The position numbers and the translations under genes are program-made. The notes beneath the pieces were generated by a model, which was given only the letters and a program-made list of their open reading frames with translations, had not been told where the DNA came from and did no database searches. This document shows positions 15,363 to 24,807 of a stretch of 24,807 bases of DNA, piece by piece. The stretch is from IMG/VR virus record IMGVR_UViG_3300025889_000892, positions 1 to 24,807 of that record; one strand, 5' to 3'. This stretch comes from a virus (Duplodnaviria; Caudoviricetes). Numbering within the stretch: the stretch's first letter is position 1; every line of letters begins with the position of its first letter.

Positions 15363-16946
15363 TTATTGTTCCTCCTCTAATTGATCTTGTATTTCTAATC
15401 CAGTTCTAGCGGGCAATGCTGTGCCTCTTAATAATTTTTTTGGCCTTAACCTTGGTGCGCCTAATCTAATATCAGCCTTTATTGCTCGTTTTTTTATACT
15501 TGGTAATAATTGCCTTGAAACACCAGGTAACTCTCCAATAATAAAATCAGGATTTTGTTTAAAATATCTATTCCAAGCGTGCCAAGCTTTTAATGTTTTT
15601 AAATCATCATTAATTGAAACGGCTATTTTATCTGGGGTTTTGTCCATTAAATTAATAAATTCATCTAATTCTGTTTTTGTTGAAAATAATGATTTACCAA
15701 ATTTTTCACCAGCACCTAATTTTTCAAATTTTTTAATTTGTGATTCAAATTTATCTAGCTTTTCTGCTACACGTAATGCTGTTTCATCATATTCATTAGA
15801 TAATAATCTTAATTGATTACGATAAGATCTTCTAATTTCCATTAATCCTTCATCGGCAACTTTAGGGTTTTTCCAGTTTATTTTATTATCAAGATTTTTC
15901 ATTCGTAATGATAAATCTCCAGCTGTTAATGGTTGTGGATCGTTTAGACGAATTATTTCTTTAGTTAATTGAGCCTTGCTTAAACCTGGTTCAATATTAT
16001 CAACATCTAAAACGTTGCCATCTTTTAAAAATCCTTTTTTATTAAGTGTTTCAGCTATGTCATTACTTAATAATTGAGAATCAATTGGTTGATCTTCTAT
16101 TTTTTTAATAGCTGATTGTAGTTTTAATTGATCTATTTTTTTTAATTTATTAATTTTATCAACCGCTCGTTTTCCAATTTCTTCAGAATAATTTGGATTA
16201 TCCAATTGTGAATCAATCTTTAATTTTTTAATAACAGTTGATTGATCATATAAATCATCTAAAATTGTATTAACTTCGATATCAGATGCGTTTTTTAATA
16301 TTTCTTTTGTTTCAACATCACCTTTTGAAATTATATCTTGAGCTAATTTTTTTTTGTTTTTACTAATTGCGTTAGATGTAGATTTAAATAATGCTTTTCC
16401 CCCAGACTTGGAAATACCACCTAATGCAATAGCATCCATAGTAGATTCAATTGGTGCTTCTTGCCATTTCTGTATTGCAACATCTAAATCAAATCCTCGA
16501 CCAAATTCAAATCCATATGTTCTACCCATATCTGTAAGAATTTCTTTTGCAACCTCAGGTGAATCTTTACTAGCTTGAACAACTTGTTTTATTCGTTTTT
16601 CACTTAAATTCTTTTTTTCTTGAGGTGTTCCAAACTTAAAAGTTACAAAATCTTTCAAAATTGTTCTTCCTGCCTCTGGGACTACTTGTGTAGCAAATGT
16701 TTTAAGCTCACCTAATTCTCTTTTTGCCCCGGTCATAGCCTTTGTTGCAAATTCTCCTATCGTGGGCCTTGTAAATTCTTCTTGTACGTCTAGTCTTTGT
16801 TCAATAGGTTGATCTATTAAAGATTGTATTTCAGGACGAATACCAGTTTTTATTTGTGTCGGTGTTTCAATTATTGCCTCAGATTGACTAGCTCTCTTGG
16901 CATTTGCTTCATCTATTATTTTTTGTATTTCTGGTCTGATTGCCAT
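15363..16946 (-). CDS. Probable internal virion / DNA ejection protein
   Basis: Large helical protein between nozzle and fibre genes, the usual podovirus position. Confidence 0.55.
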   Translation of the reverse strand: MAIRPEIQKIIDEANAKRASQSEAIIETPTQIKTGIRPEIQSLIDQPIEQRLDVQEEFTRPTIGEFATKAMTGAKRELGELKTFATQVVPEAGRTILKDFVTFKFGTPQEKKNLSEKRIKQVVQASKDSPEVAKEILTDMGRTYGFEFGRGFDLDVAIQKWQEAPIESTMDAIALGGISKSGGKALFKSTSNAISKNKKKLAQDIISKGDVETKEILKNASDIEVNTILDDLYDQSTVIKKLKIDSQLDNPNYSEEIGKRAVDKINKLKKIDQLKLQSAIKKIEDQPIDSQLLSNDIAETLNKKGFLKDGNVLDVDNIEPGLSKAQLTKEIIRLNDPQPLTAGDLSLRMKNLDNKINWKNPKVADEGLMEIRRSYRNQLRLLSNEYDETALRVAEKLDKFESQIKKFEKLGAGEKFGKSLFSTKTELDEFINLMDKTPDKIAVSINDDLKTLKAWHAWNRYFKQNPDFIIGELPGVSRQLLPSIKKRAIKADIRLGAPRLRPKKLLRGTALPARTGLEIQDQLEEEQ

Positions 16947-18118
16947 TAGAAACCACCTACTTCTGGTAAAAGACCTGCTTTTGTTAATGCTTGTTTTTCT
17001 TCTTGGGTCAAATCTTTTATTAGAATGCCTCCTATTTTTCTTTCATTTTGTTCTTTTTTTGTTTTTTCTTCTAATTCTTTTTGTCTTTTTTTCTGTATCA
17101 AAGGTCTATCCGATTTTAATACTATATTTTTATAATTTAATCCTAATCTATCAGATAAATTTTTATATTCATCTGAAGTTTGATCAAACTGCTCTTTTCT
17201 AGTATTAAAAAGCCTTGATGATCTATTTAAGAAATCATTTCTTTGTTGAGATGATAATCTTTCACCAGATAAAACTCTATTAAATTGAGCCCTAACTCTT
17301 TCAGGAACACCGGCGGCATTTTGAGCTGTAGCAAATTCTGTTTCCCTTACTACTGATCCTGGATCAAGAATTTTCATGTAATTAAAAATTAATGCTAAAT
17401 CACCCGCTGCACTTGGATCTTCGCCGGAAGCTTGAACTCTTGCAAATGAATCTCTAACATCTCTAAAATCTTTAGTTAAATTTTGAAATTCTTTTCGAAT
17501 AGTAGTTTCTGCATTCATTTTTTCTTTAGCTGTTAAAGAGGACGCCCCTGTTTTTTTAGATATTACTGAAAAATCTCCAGTTTGTTTGAATTTCTCAGCT
17601 TCTTCAGGTGTTGCAATTCCTTTTTCAATTAATCCTTGTGCTATTTTTGTATTAGATTCTATTTTTTTTGTTTCAAACTCTTGTTGTTTTAAATTTAATT
17701 CTTGTTGTTTTTGTTGTTGAATTAATCTTTTTTGTTGTTGAATTTGAGCTCCAGTTTGTAATGCTTGAGTTGCTATATCAGCACCGGTAGTAACCCCTGG
17801 TTGCCTAACCGCTCCGCTTAATTGACCCCCTACAGCTTGACCAAGCCCAGCGCCTAAAGCTGCACCTTCTAAACGTTGACCCTTACCTGCCATCAATGCA
17901 CCTGCACCAGCCCCTAGCAAAGCACCCAACGTTTCACCGGTTTCACGACGGCCTCTAGCGGCTGCCTTTACTGCTTCAACTTGTGCTTTAGCTTGCTCAT
18001 TCATTACTTGACGCAATTGTTGTGCTTCTTGTGCTCTAACTGCTAAAACATCTCCCAATCCTAAGTTTTGTATAGTTGATTGTGTGAGTAACTCTTGTAA
18101 CCTAGCCATAACGGCCAC
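16946..18118 (-). CDS. Probable internal virion / DNA transfer protein
   Basis: Gly/Ala-rich hydrophobic hairpin, Gln-rich coil, and AAGDLALIFNYMKILDPGSVVRETEF block familiar from podophage virion proteins. Confidence 0.65.
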   Translation of the reverse strand: MAVMARLQELLTQSTIQNLGLGDVLAVRAQEAQQLRQVMNEQAKAQVEAVKAAARGRRETGETLGALLGAGAGALMAGKGQRLEGAALGAGLGQAVGGQLSGAVRQPGVTTGADIATQALQTGAQIQQQKRLIQQQKQQELNLKQQEFETKKIESNTKIAQGLIEKGIATPEEAEKFKQTGDFSVISKKTGASSLTAKEKMNAETTIRKEFQNLTKDFRDVRDSFARVQASGEDPSAAGDLALIFNYMKILDPGSVVRETEFATAQNAAGVPERVRAQFNRVLSGERLSSQQRNDFLNRSSRLFNTRKEQFDQTSDEYKNLSDRLGLNYKNIVLKSDRPLIQKKRQKELEEKTKKEQNERKIGGILIKDLTQEEKQALTKAGLLPEVGGF

Positions 18119-18566
18119 CTCCTATTAGTTGTTGTCCTAATGCTACCTGTGATGGTGACTGTTGGAATGGATTTATGGCTTGAGAACCTAAACTTGGTAT
18201 TGTAGTTTGTGGAGGTGCAGAAAATCCGTAACTAGATAACTGAGCACCAAGTGTCGTCATTGTTTGAAGATCTTGAGCCATTGGCGTTGTTCCAACTTGA
18301 GGATTGACACCTGATAAAGCGCCTCCAGCAGTTCCGCCTAACTGACTACCCATTACAGCACCTTGAGGACCCCCGACTACAAATCCACCAATTGCTCCTG
18401 CTATAGTTCCCAAAGTTTGAAATAATCCTCTCTTTCTTCTTGCTGATCCTATTTTTTGTGCAGCTTGTACTTGTCCCCGACCCTGTACTCGTGCCGCCTC
18501 TAAAGCAGCCCCTAAATGAGCTGGTAATGGTGTATTACTTCCAGTTTTAGGCATTCCAGATGGCAT
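18102..18566 (-). CDS. Probable small ejection/pilot protein (glycine-zipper)
   Basis: GTIAGAIGGFVVGGPQGAVMGSQLGGTAGG glycine zipper. Confidence 0.6.
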   Translation of the reverse strand: MPSGMPKTGSNTPLPAHLGAALEAARVQGRGQVQAAQKIGSARRKRGLFQTLGTIAGAIGGFVVGGPQGAVMGSQLGGTAGGALSGVNPQVGTTPMAQDLQTMTTLGAQLSSYGFSAPPQTTIPSLGSQAINPFQQSPSQVALGQQLIGGGRYG

Positions 18567-19884
18567 TTTGCTTCACTCCTCTTTTCATATCTTTTATTAC
18601 ATGCTTTATACGTAAACTTAATACTGTTGGTAGTTTTTTCCATGTTTCACGTCTTAACATAATTTTAAGAGTTCCAATTGATCGACCTATTAAATCAACT
18701 TCATAAAAAGAATGTTGAAATGGATCAATTGAATTATCTTCACGACCGAACATTTTATACATCCATTCACAAAAACCCATGTATGCTAAATCACCGGTTC
18801 TAATATCTTTTTTGTCATAATAATCCAAAACTTTTGGAACAATATTTGCCACTGTATACCATTTAAAGCCTTTACTATTTGCAACTTTTGCAATTTTATT
18901 TGCATTTTTCATATACCAGTGTACAAAATCACCACGTGTGAACATGCCTTTTATTACACCATTTGTAAGCTTCCATAGTTGTCTACGGCTTATAAGGTCT
19001 CGTGCAAAGAATTCCATACAAAAATGTGATTTTTTACCACCACCCGATTGTGCTTCCGCTGCTTGAACTTGTGATTGCGCTTGAATTCTTGCTAATTCTA
19101 ATTGAAATCTTTGATTTGCTTCTGGGTCCATAATATATTGGCTTGGATCTCTTAAAACAGCGGCTAACTGGCCTTGTCCGATTGCGCTTCTTAATCTACT
19201 AAAATCTTCTGCCGATAATCCCGACGCCATTGCCACACGTTGTAAATCAACATCGTCTTGTGGTGTTAATACAATGCCTTGACCGAAAATTCTTTCAATT
19301 GCCTGTAATGCTTCGCCTTGGTTTTTAATGTTTCCACTTATAACTAATTCTACTAGCTGATCATTTCTGACATCTTGTCGTCTTATGTCTTCACGGCTTG
19401 CTTGAAATTGTTGTTGCTGTTGTTGTATTACTTGATTATAATCCCTAGCTCTTTGTGCTTCTTGCGCTGTAAACTCTCTGCCCAATCCAGCCTGCTCAGC
19501 TGTGAACTGTCGCCCTAAGCCTGCTTGCTCAGCTTGAAACTCTCTTGCCCTTGCAGATTCACTAGTTTGAAATGCTTGTTGCATTGCTTGCTGTCCAAGT
19601 TGTGCACCTAACCCGCTTGCTATTTGTCCCTCAACTCTTTGTTGTTCTTTAAATATATCTCCTAATCGTTGTTGACCGACCCCGCCAAATTGTATACCTC
19701 TTTGTGCCAACTGTTCGGTTGTTGCCCCTAATCTTTCTTGGAATTCTTGTCGCAATGGACTAACCGCAGATTCAAAAGCTTGTTGCGCCACTTGCTGTTG
19801 TGTTTGTGGCAAAGTTAGTGTTTGTTGTGCAGCTTGTTGTTGTGTTGGTGGGGGTGGTGCAATTTGATTTAATTTTTGTGTCAT
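18547..19884 (-). CDS. Probable ejection protein, Gln-rich with 11-aa repeats and a distinct basic C-terminal domain
   Basis: EQLAQRGIQFGG motif; REFQAEQAGLG / RQFTAEQAGLG repeats; GGAGG SD; follows nozzle gene. Confidence 0.6.
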   Translation of the reverse strand: MTQKLNQIAPPPPTQQQAAQQTLTLPQTQQQVAQQAFESAVSPLRQEFQERLGATTEQLAQRGIQFGGVGQQRLGDIFKEQQRVEGQIASGLGAQLGQQAMQQAFQTSESARAREFQAEQAGLGRQFTAEQAGLGREFTAQEAQRARDYNQVIQQQQQQFQASREDIRRQDVRNDQLVELVISGNIKNQGEALQAIERIFGQGIVLTPQDDVDLQRVAMASGLSAEDFSRLRSAIGQGQLAAVLRDPSQYIMDPEANQRFQLELARIQAQSQVQAAEAQSGGGKKSHFCMEFFARDLISRRQLWKLTNGVIKGMFTRGDFVHWYMKNANKIAKVANSKGFKWYTVANIVPKVLDYYDKKDIRTGDLAYMGFCEWMYKMFGREDNSIDPFQHSFYEVDLIGRSIGTLKIMLRRETWKKLPTVLSLRIKHVIKDMKRGVKQNAIWNA

Positions 19885-19896
19885 ACTATTAACCTC

Positions 19897-21465
19897 CTAA
19901 TGGCTTCTTACTGGTCTAAAATAAAATATTATTTTTAATATTCTTGTAAATTCATTAGCGTTACTGTTCGACATTTCAGCTCTGAATTTATTACCTCTTA
20001 AATTTGCTCGGAATTTATAAGACCCGACAGTTAAACTACCGACAAGATCTGTCCCAACAATAGCTGTACCCACTGTTGAAGCAGAAAATTGTGATGTTTG
20101 ATAAAATGTACCTAAACCTTGACTTGGTATAACATTTCCATACTCATAAGCATTAAATATTAAATTTATGCTCCAGTTTTCTGTTTCTCCCACAAAATAA
20201 ATTCTATTTACCTTGCTGTATGTCGCTTCATCTCCAATGGGATACCAACCTAAAATGGCCTTACTTTTTATTGCGCCACCATTATCATTTTTAATAGTCT
20301 CATTCATTGTCTCATGAGTTTCACCATTTGGACCTTTAACAGCATACAATTTAATTCTGTCATTATCTTTTTGTGTAGTGAAATAATCATAATTAAACCC
20401 AGTAAATGTCCCCCAAAATGGTTGAGGTTGTTGTATTTGTGGCTGTTGTATAAACTTTGCTACATCCGCAAAATAAGTTAAATCATTATAATTACTAGTT
20501 GAGTTATTTACACTTTGAAAAGATAATATATATAAATCATTAAATACTATTGCTTGTGCATTGCTAATGTCTTTTTTTTCTATTAATAAATCTAAATCGT
20601 TTTGTATGTCTTCTGATACAATCGGACTACCTGATCCACCAAGTGTATATTCTCCACTAGAATAAGATATATTTGGAGATAACAATCTTATAAAATTATC
20701 CGTTGATAAATAAAAAATACCTGCTTTTGTTCTTCTAATTGAATCAGGGCTTAATGATCCCGTTAGTGCGTCCGTTCTTAAAATAACCCAGTTTAGTTTT
20801 GGTACTGGTGAATCTGCATTGGGCAAAATATAAACACCATACTGTTTAAAAATAAAAAGTGCGTCGCCCCATACTTCTAAGCCAGTAATAACGCCATCTT
20901 TACCAGGTGCTATGTCTATAGTATTAGATGCTGTATTCCAAGTGTCAAAACCTAAAACTTCAGTAAAAAATAATGTGTTATCATCGGCTGCAAAAAGTCT
21001 ATTTTTATGAAACTCTATATACTTGCATGTCGTAGGACTGTTTGCAACAGAGCTACCTGTAGGCGTTATGCCGCTTACTTTTGTTACTAAATTACTTCCA
21101 TTAACGCCATATAAAGCGATAGACGAACCTTTTCCAGATTGAGCCCATCTCATTTTTTGATTTGATGTTAAAGTTAATGATAATGAATTCCAACCAGAAT
21201 TATAATAATAAGCGTCTGTCCCTTGATTCGTAATTAAAAACTCTTGTCCGTTTTGGTTTGTGTAATTAGCTAAACTATATAATTTATTACCTACACTTGG
21301 TGCATTAGTTAATTTGGCCCCACCACCACGTTCTTCTAAACCACCATTAGTCATGTATAAATAGTTTTCATTCAAAGATAATTGACCGGGTAGTAATGAT
21401 AATTCATCACGATTAGTGTTCATACCTAAAAATCTATTTATTGTTACACTTTGAAAACTACCCAT
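19897..21465 (-). CDS. Tail nozzle / stabilisation protein (P22 gp10 / T7 gp12-like beta-propeller)
   Basis: FLGMN start, NGGLEERGG, FHKNRLF, ITGLEVWGDALFIFK beta-rich repeats; follows adaptor gene. Confidence 0.75.
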   Translation of the reverse strand: MGSFQSVTINRFLGMNTNRDELSLLPGQLSLNENYLYMTNGGLEERGGGAKLTNAPSVGNKLYSLANYTNQNGQEFLITNQGTDAYYYNSGWNSLSLTLTSNQKMRWAQSGKGSSIALYGVNGSNLVTKVSGITPTGSSVANSPTTCKYIEFHKNRLFAADDNTLFFTEVLGFDTWNTASNTIDIAPGKDGVITGLEVWGDALFIFKQYGVYILPNADSPVPKLNWVILRTDALTGSLSPDSIRRTKAGIFYLSTDNFIRLLSPNISYSSGEYTLGGSGSPIVSEDIQNDLDLLIEKKDISNAQAIVFNDLYILSFQSVNNSTSNYNDLTYFADVAKFIQQPQIQQPQPFWGTFTGFNYDYFTTQKDNDRIKLYAVKGPNGETHETMNETIKNDNGGAIKSKAILGWYPIGDEATYSKVNRIYFVGETENWSINLIFNAYEYGNVIPSQGLGTFYQTSQFSASTVGTAIVGTDLVGSLTVGSYKFRANLRGNKFRAEMSNSNANEFTRILKIIFYFRPVRSH

Positions 21466-21467
21466 AA

Positions 21468-22187
21468 TTACCCCTGAAAAAATACATTTGGATTACTGAT
21501 TGTATTATTACCTGTTCCTGTAAATGTATAAGGATCAAGTTGTATTGTTTGTGAATCATTTGTTAATAAAGACAACCTCAAATTAGATCTTTCTTGTTGA
21601 GCTAATAATTGATAGTTTTGTAAATTTTGTATATCGTCGTCTTTTTGATAAAACAAAATACAAGATTCATACACAATCAATAAGTCATAATCTTGTGGCA
21701 GCTCTGTAACATCCGTATCATTAGTTAATGTGCTTGGAACTTTCCATCCTAATATTTCTATAGCGTTAGCTTCTGTTCTGCCAAAATGTTTACTAAATAC
21801 TAAGTCTGTACCTTGAACATCATAAAATTCAGGTGTCCCAGTATTTTCTGTATTAAAAAAAGAATTAGGCGATACTAAGCTAATTATTTGATCAAGTGGC
21901 TTTTGTATCATTTCAAATCTAGTTCCAGACGTTGCTTTGTAATAAACAGCGTTAGGTATTAACATATTTGCAGGAACTGCAACTGTGTTAGTTGATACTG
22001 TAATATTTGATTTTACAGGTGACGATGTATAAAGCTCTCTAGGTTTATCTAACCTTGTTATTTTTCTGATAGAATTATTTATATATTTATTTAATACTGT
22101 GCTGCTTGGGTTTGTGGCTGCAGAGGATGTACCAAAATCTAATTGGTCATCCAATAACCCCCTAATAGTTGATAATGTCGAACCCAT
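21468..22187 (-). CDS. Head-tail adaptor / tail tubular protein A-like
   Basis: TLSTIRGLL...LNKYINNSIRKI helical N-terminus, GTPEFY, LPQDYDLLIVY pattern; position before nozzle. Confidence 0.7.
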   Translation of the reverse strand: MGSTLSTIRGLLDDQLDFGTSSAATNPSSTVLNKYINNSIRKITRLDKPRELYTSSPVKSNITVSTNTVAVPANMLIPNAVYYKATSGTRFEMIQKPLDQIISLVSPNSFFNTENTGTPEFYDVQGTDLVFSKHFGRTEANAIEILGWKVPSTLTNDTDVTELPQDYDLLIVYESCILFYQKDDDIQNLQNYQLLAQQERSNLRLSLLTNDSQTIQLDPYTFTGTGNNTISNPNVFFQG

Positions 22188-22429
22188 TACAAATCAACTC
22201 CCAATTCTTTGCAAATATCTTCTATTTCTTTTTTATGACATTGTGTTGATTGATATTCTTTTTTTAAATCATTTAATTTGAATTCATTTAAAATTATTTC
22301 TTTAGTATCATCTCCAATTTTTTCAATCTTAATTAACGAAATTAAATCACCATTAATTAATACTTTATTTTCCATAGTAACGTTATTTTGTGGGTTTTTA
22401 TGTTTTATTATTTTACTAATTAACTCCAT
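22187..22429 (-). CDS. Hypothetical protein
   Basis: AAGGAG SD; TAATG overlap with adaptor. Confidence 0.6.
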   Translation of the reverse strand: MELISKIIKHKNPQNNVTMENKVLINGDLISLIKIEKIGDDTKEIILNEFKLNDLKKEYQSTQCHKKEIEDICKELGVDL

Positions 22430-22444
22430 GTTTACTCCTTTTTG

Positions 22445-22684
22445 TTAACTAACACCAATTACATTAGACAAAGGCACATAATTATTTTCAAAATCTATTT
22501 GATCATTACTTCCATTTTTGACTATTAAACAAGTCATTTCAACATTATAAATATTCATTCTTAAAAAATATCTATCATAATTTTTACACTGACATGTCGA
22601 TACATAATGTTGTTCAGTTTTATAATAACAATTGTTATTTTTTATGAGTCCCTTATATGATTCCCATTCTAATTTCATTTTCAT
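22445..22684 (-). CDS. Hypothetical protein
   Basis: Likely start ATG 22684 (TAATG overlap with upstream stop); DFENNY motif. Confidence 0.55.
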   Translation of the reverse strand: MKMKLEWESYKGLIKNNNCYYKTEQHYVSTCQCKNYDRYFLRMNIYNVEMTCLIVKNGSNDQIDFENNYVPLSNVIGVS

Positions 22685-23193
22685 TATACTAATACCCCCA
22701 CCCATGAACCAAATGATCTATGAGTACCACCAGTAAGTTGTTCTATCCTCATTCTTATTGCTGCGGTACCATCTCCTGTATATTGTTGAGTTATTTGATT
22801 TTGTCTTGAGTTTCCGTCGACTATTATTTCGCCGTCCGGAACAACCGACATTCCCGTGCCAGTTCCATTTGGGTCACTAAATATGACTCCATCGATACCC
22901 GCACCGGTATTTTCAACACCAAAAGTAACACTACGAATTTCTAACGTTTTACCCGTTGGAATAACATAAACGTCATCCGTTGTACCACTAAAATTTCCTC
23001 TTAAAACTCTTGATACAAGCGTTTCGCCTGGGGCAGCCGGCGGTGTTTCAGAAGAAACGAGTAAACGTCCACTGCTTGTAATTTCTACAAAATGTCCATG
23101 CACATCTGTTATTTTTGATTCTACAGGCAGTCTATTATCATCTGTAAATGGTAATACTTGATCTATCCTGGAATTGTTAAGATTAAATGTCAT
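22684..23193 (-). CDS. Probable minor virion protein (beta-sandwich)
   Basis: Gly/Thr/Val-rich, YVIPTGKTLEI motif, in the structural module. Confidence 0.55.
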   Translation of the reverse strand: MTFNLNNSRIDQVLPFTDDNRLPVESKITDVHGHFVEITSSGRLLVSSETPPAAPGETLVSRVLRGNFSGTTDDVYVIPTGKTLEIRSVTFGVENTGAGIDGVIFSDPNGTGTGMSVVPDGEIIVDGNSRQNQITQQYTGDGTAAIRMRIEQLTGGTHRSFGSWVGVLV

Positions 23194-23504
23194 ACTACAA
23201 ATAACCTATACGCTGAATCAGCAATCCAAGTAAATTTTATACTGTGAATACTAAGTGCTCTTAAATTAAATATTTCATTTTTTTTTAAAATAATATCATT
23301 TAAAAATGTATTGCCATCCTCACTAATATTAATTTGTATATTTCCTAAACCATCATTTATGATATGCCCGTCTATTCCATTTCTTAATAATGTAGAATTA
23401 ATATTAAAGGTCACCGGACTATCACCAGAAACAAAGCTAGTATCAGTTGTACTGAAATAATTTGTTTTTGGAGTATCATACTGACTTTGATTAATTATTG
23501 TCAT
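23190..23504 (-). CDS. Probable minor virion protein (small beta-sandwich)
   Basis: IINDG..NIQINISEDG..F pattern; ATGA overlap with next gene. Confidence 0.5.
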   Translation of the reverse strand: MTIINQSQYDTPKTNYFSTTDTSFVSGDSPVTFNINSTLLRNGIDGHIINDGLGNIQINISEDGNTFLNDIILKKNEIFNLRALSIHSIKFTWIADSAYRLFVV

Positions 23505-23543
23505 TTTATATTTTTTCCAGACATATTATTTCCTTATATAAAC

Positions 23544-23599
23544 AAAAAGAGCCAACAATTTTAAACCGGTCGAATTCGACCCCTTTAATTGTTAGCTCT
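23544..23599 (-). terminator. Long hairpin with U-tract (terminator-like)
   Basis: Minus strand AGAGCTAACAATT...GGTCGA-AT-TCGACC...AATTGTTGGCTCT then TTTTGTTT. Confidence 0.65.
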
Positions 23600-23667
23600 C
23601 CAAAAAGGTTTAAAGCATATTTATAATGTTATTTACATAATACAGAAATAGAAAAAAAAGTCAATAT

Positions 23668-23913
23668 TTAAATGAAAATAGCGTATAATAGCATAAAAAA
23701 ACTATGGCCTGCAATTGTCGCAAAATAATCATTAAACTCCATAGTATGTTTATCTGAGTTACATCCATCATACAATTCTTTTCCAAATGCTATAATATGA
23801 ACTAAAAGACTACCTAGAAAAAGATCATATAAACAAGCAAACGAAATTATAAACCCCCCAATACAATGTTTTTTCTTGTCTTCTTGTAAAGTATCAAAAA
23901 ATTTCTTAATCAT
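23668..23913 (-). CDS. Small membrane protein (DK-x-H ... KE-x-x-D ... D motif, YfiM/VanZ-like)
   Basis: DKKKHCIGGFIIS, GKELYD, DYFATIAG with hydrophobic helices. Confidence 0.6.
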   Translation of the reverse strand: MIKKFFDTLQEDKKKHCIGGFIISFACLYDLFLGSLLVHIIAFGKELYDGCNSDKHTMEFNDYFATIAGHSFFMLLYAIFI

Positions 23914-24807
23914 GTTGTATTCCTTTTTTTAATGCTTCGAGAAAATCTAATAATTTAATTGTTTCGTGTTTTAAATTATAATTTCTTAACATTTCTTTTT
24001 TAATTTTTTTGCGTTCCTTATCATCTTGCCTAGTTATTTTTCTAAGTTTATTTAATATAGAATTAGCAAACAAAGTAGGATCGTTTTCAGATAGCGTAAT
24101 ATCACCTTTTGTATTTTTATATGGCTCAACATTTGACGCAACTAATGGAACACCAATACTTGCCATTTCTAAATATTTTACATTAGATTTACATCGATTA
24201 AATTCACTATCACGCAATGGTGCTATTGCAATATCTAGACACAAATCAGCTAAATGTTGTGGGTATTTTGATATATGCCAGTCAACACGCTTAAAATCGA
24301 TTAATGGATGGTCCTCTAACCAAATTGGTTTAAATCCACCATATCTGATAATAAACTCAAAATCATCTTGTGTATCAAGTATTGGTTTTAAACCTCTATA
24401 GACAATTCTTAAATCTTCGTCATGGCTAGCACCGCCAACATAACCTATTCTAAATCTATTACAAGAATGCTTTTTCAATTTTGGGTTCCATGTATTTGTA
24501 TCGATGCAATTAGGCGCTACATAAACAGGCTTATCACCAATAATATGCTTAATTGAATTAGCTAAATATTCAGTTGAGCATATTACCGCATCACTTCTAT
24601 ATAAATGTTCTGCGGCCCACATATGATGCTCTTTCCATGGCAAATGACTAGATAATGGTACTTCACCTATAGAATCGTCTATTTCAGCTACTATTTTTAC
24701 ATTTGGATAATCTTTCTTTAGTTCGGATATTAAAGCTAGTGCTTCTTTGTTTTGTATTCGTTGAAATATAATAATATCAAAAAACTTAAAAGCAGAATAA
24801 AGCTTTT
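23906..24807 (-). CDS. GT-B (family 4-like) glycosyltransferase, 5'-partial
   Basis: Frame is open to the right edge (DIIIFQR...KIVAEIDD), then RIGYVGGASH, DIAIAPL, FNRCKSNVKYLEMASIGVPLVAS. Confidence 0.9.
   Translation of the reverse strand, partial: KLYSAFKFFDIIIFQRIQNKEALALISELKKDYPNVKIVAEIDDSIGEVPLSSHLPWKEHHMWAAEHLYRSDAVICSTEYLANSIKHIIGDKPVYVAPNCIDTNTWNPKLKKHSCNRFRIGYVGGASHDEDLRIVYRGLKPILDTQDDFEFIIRYGGFKPIWLEDHPLIDFKRVDWHISKYPQHLADLCLDIAIAPLRDSEFNRCKSNVKYLEMASIGVPLVASNVEPYKNTKGDITLSENDPTLFANSILNKLRKITRQDDKERKKIKKEMLRNYNLKHETIKLLDFLEALKKGIQHD

Larger units (their letters stand above)
1..24807 (-). mobile_element. Bacteriophage (or prophage) genome fragment, podovirus-like morphogenesis genes plus replication and packaging modules
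   Basis: TerS, TerL, SNF2 helicase, VRR-NUC, replisome organiser, tail fibre, adaptor/nozzle-like and ejection-like proteins; tightly packed co-directional genes; no host housekeeping genes or integrase in the window. Confidence 0.95.

Noticed and set aside
7180-24401. Other plus-strand ORFs and nested minus-strand ORF 14002..14259
   Set aside because: They overlap well-supported minus-strand genes and have no recognisable motifs
24641-24643. TTG start for the glycosyltransferase
   Set aside because: Frame stays open to the window edge and contains further GT motifs; the real start is outside the window
1-24807. Stop-codon reassignment
   Set aside because: TAA, TAG and TGA all end genes at sensible boundaries, often overlapping the next start; coding density is high under the standard code
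1-24807. tRNA/rRNA genes, integrase/att sites, portal, capsid, endolysin
   Set aside because: None recognisable in the window; lifestyle and host cannot be determined from this segment

Overview
AT-rich bacteriophage genome segment (podovirus-type virion), with every credible gene on the minus strand. In transcription order (right to left) it holds: a partial GT-B glycosyltransferase; small and minor structural genes; tail adaptor and nozzle; four probable internal/ejection proteins; a tail fibre with a peptidase-G2-type C-terminal chaperone; and a holin-like protein. An early module follows (small HTH protein, SNF2-type helicase, SSB-like protein, replisome organiser with internal iterons, VRR-NUC nuclease), then terminase small subunit, a 4-kb array of six DUF4116-like 25-aa repeat-protein genes, terminase large subunit, and a partial gene missing from the ORF track that resembles the Bacillus spore transglutaminase Tgl. 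Most notable: (1) the repeat-protein array wedged between terS and terL, with a conserved scaffold, hypervariable positions, interchangeable gene junctions and repeats shuffled between genes, preceded by two promoter/hairpin units; (2) the Tgl-like transglutaminase; (3) six sigma70-type promoters whose -35 box lies inside a shared palindrome TAGTTG-T-CAACTA, suggesting one repressor regulon. All family assignments are by eye from motifs; no database search was run.
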